Shown here: piece by piece, positions 61,632 to 64,000 of the stretch
Layout of the letters: every line of letters begins with the position of its first letter
Numbering within the stretch: position 1 is the first letter of the stretch
Source of the DNA: Felis catus
Lineage: Eukaryota
DNA: 64,000 bases
Direction of reading: 5' to 3'
NCBI RefSeq assembly: GCF_018350175.1
Contig: NC_058368.1
Span: 51,647,815 to 51,711,814 of the forward strand
The notes under the pieces: generated by a model
What the model was told of the DNA's origin: nothing
Database searches by the model: none
What the model saw: the letters and a program-made list of their open reading frames with translations, nothing else
Translations under genes and position numbers: made by a program

Positions 61632-62568
61632 AAATAGCCCATGAAGGGCTCAGGTGATAGATAATTTTTGTTAGTGTTTTTTACTAATGAATATTAGATC
61701 AGTGTCTTTAATAAAGTGAAACAGATCATTGTCCCAGACAGTAAGACTCTTCATGCTAGAACTTGAGGCTGTCATTCCATGGAAAAGCTAGGTGGTAGCA
61801 ACCCGGGCAGGTGGGGGCTCATAGTAAAAATAGAACAGTCAGAAAATTTTATGGTGGGTACCAGAGAACCGGTAGCATGTAGACATCTGGCTGGTTGAAA
61901 GCTTTCATCTGCACTACATTCCCAACTGTTTCACCGTCAGTAAGCAAGTTTCCCAGTGCTAAGCTCAGACTGTGAAGCTGTGTGACTAAAGAAATGGCAA
62001 ATTTCTAACCATCCCAGCAAGCTAAATGAGTCCTTACCAGCCTGATAATTATTGGATTTCCTTCTACGCTGCATGTGAAGGCTAAACACTATCCATTAAT
62101 TTAAATGGACTTGTTAATGTTTGCTCTTCATGAAGACCTGTTTGTTTTCTCCTTCCAGGATATTTCATGTTCTTTTAGGTGGTAATTGTTGTTTGGGGTT
62201 TGTTTTATTTATTTTCCAGAAACTAAGGCTTCTCTTCATTGGTTTGTAATTACCGGGCTCCTCTTATTCTTCTATAGAAAATAGTTTAGTAGCATTTGTC
62301 TTTTTCCAGTTTCTAGGGGGTTTTCCCAGTTACTAGTGATTTTTGGGAAACAAGTCCTGGTGCGTATGGCACTATTATTGAGCCGTGAAACCCTCTAGAC
62401 TTTCATACACAGAGGTGAATGTACATATGCCATTTTCTAGCCATTTTTGCTATATTTATTTCCTTATTCTACCTTAGCTTCTTAATACTTTCCATCACTA
62501 CAGTGATTTCCCCTAGGCGACTCTTTGAGTTCTTTTTCATAAAGATATAAGGTGTATTAGAAGTTTGA

Positions 62569-62806
62569 GGGGCGCCTGGGTGGCTCAGTCAGTTAAGCGT
62601 CTGACTTCGGCTCAGGTCATGATCTCACGGTTCGTGGGTCCGAGCCCCGCATCGGGCTCTGTGCTGACAGCTCAGAGCCTGGAGCCTGTTTCAGATTCTG
62701 TGTCTCCCTCTCTCTCTGCCCCTCCCCCACTCGCGCTCTGTCTCTCTCTGTCTCAAAAATAAATAAACATTAAAAAAAATTTTTTTTAATTTTTAAAAAA
62801 TAAAAA
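62569..62806 (+). mobile_element. CanSINE (felid type)
   Basis: Full body. TSD AGAAGTTTGA at 62559-62568 and 62807-62816. Confidence 0.96.
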
Positions 62807-64000
62807 AGAAGTTTGATAAATTGGAAGATTTTGGAGTTAAAATATCGAAATATCACTCAATGCAGATCTCTGCATACCTTGGTACAATGATCCAAGAAAG
62901 CCTACTCCAATCTTACTCTCGGTTGAGGTCCATCAGCAATCTACAGTGGAGGAAAAGTCATTCTTCTCACCCTTTCTTTTAGCCTGTCACTTTCCACCCA
63001 TCAGTCCCTTTTGTTTCCTGGGCTTCTGGGACAGGAACTTCATTACCAGGTTGAATACCAGCTGTGCACTAGCTATGCAGCCTCAGGTAAGCTACTCATC
63101 CTAAAACCTCTTTCCAGAAACAACTACTTTCAGCCACTGCCCACATTTCCAACTCTTGCCCTACCTTCTGCAAAGAGTCTGACTTCCTTGAAATCATTCA
63201 TCATAAAGTTTCATTTAAGTGTGGAATGAGGATAATAACAGCATCAAACTTAAAGCATTGTGTAGGTCTTAAATGAGATAATACATGTAAAATCTGAACT
63301 CAGTAGAGCTGACACTATCACATGACCAGTGGTCAGAATTGATTTTTTTCTTTTTTTTTTCCCTTTCTTCTTTCATCCTCTAGTTTGTTAGCCTATATTC
63401 TGCTCTTTTCTGCCTCATTTTTCCTATTCCCTTTCCTCTATGCAACACCCATTCCGGTTTCTTTGCTCACCGGATCTTTCTGAATAGAAAGTTAGCAGAG
63501 AATAGTGAAGGCCTTATTAGGTAAGCCAAGAGTCATTTTGCCCTTGTGTGGGATGGGAAGACCAATTCACAGTCTTTTTTTCAAGAAGACCCAAATGATG
63601 AAGGAAAAGAGTGTAGCTTAGGAGGTGGCCCCGGAAATTTTTAGGGTTGGGACGGGTGGAGCTGGGACTGAGATTGGGTTTAACCTAACAGACCTAAGGG
63701 CTCTTGGGGAAATGCTCTTATTACAAATAGAAAACACTGAAGAAAATTGAGACAGACCATAAGGAGATGAAGAAAAACTGAGAAGACAAATCAAAGAAAT
63801 AGGAGATGTTTGATAGTTTCAAATACATCCAAAGAGAACTAAGAAACGTAATTGCTTCTGTGATTCAGAGCTTAAGGAGAATGATTTCATCTAAAACCTA
63901 AAGACAGATGTCTTTATGTGTAGGCTGTGAGCATCGGGTAAAAACCAGCTCTTTCTGCTGCTTGGCCACAAAGAGGAAACGAAAGATGATCCAGAAGCTG

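Noticed and set aside
1..64000. The many 60-145 aa ORFs in the supplied track as protein-coding genes
   Set aside because: They are short, overlap on both strands and often start at non-ATG codons. Those I recognise are L1 ORF2, ERVL or SINE read-throughs. No multi-exon gene can be assembled.

Overview
This window is mammalian, repeat-rich, apparently non-coding DNA (intron or intergenic). It is most likely from a felid, judged by about 28 carnivore tRNA-derived SINEs (CanSINE/SINEC), five of them near-identical and of the cat SINEC_Fc type. I recognise no protein-coding gene, RNA gene or CRISPR array. The only ORFs I can assign are LINE-1 ORF2 fragments, an ERVL gag/protease relic and SINE read-throughs. 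Other repeats are young and old L1s, MaLR (MLT1) LTRs, a solo LTR nested inside an ERVL-class LTR, MIR/L2 and hAT MITEs. The most notable structures are: (1) a 187-bp unidentified A-tailed insert with a 13-bp TSD inside an old L1; (2) a twin-primed inverted L1 whose junction contains iterated self-templated copies; (3) a single target site hit twice by SINEs, leaving a triplicated TSD, with a third SINE nested inside; (4) several repeat-free blocks with enhancer- or promoter-like motif clusters. I see no convincing new multi-gene biological system. Repeat family names come from memory of consensus sequences, not from a RepeatMasker/Dfam run, and boundaries of old repeats are approximate.
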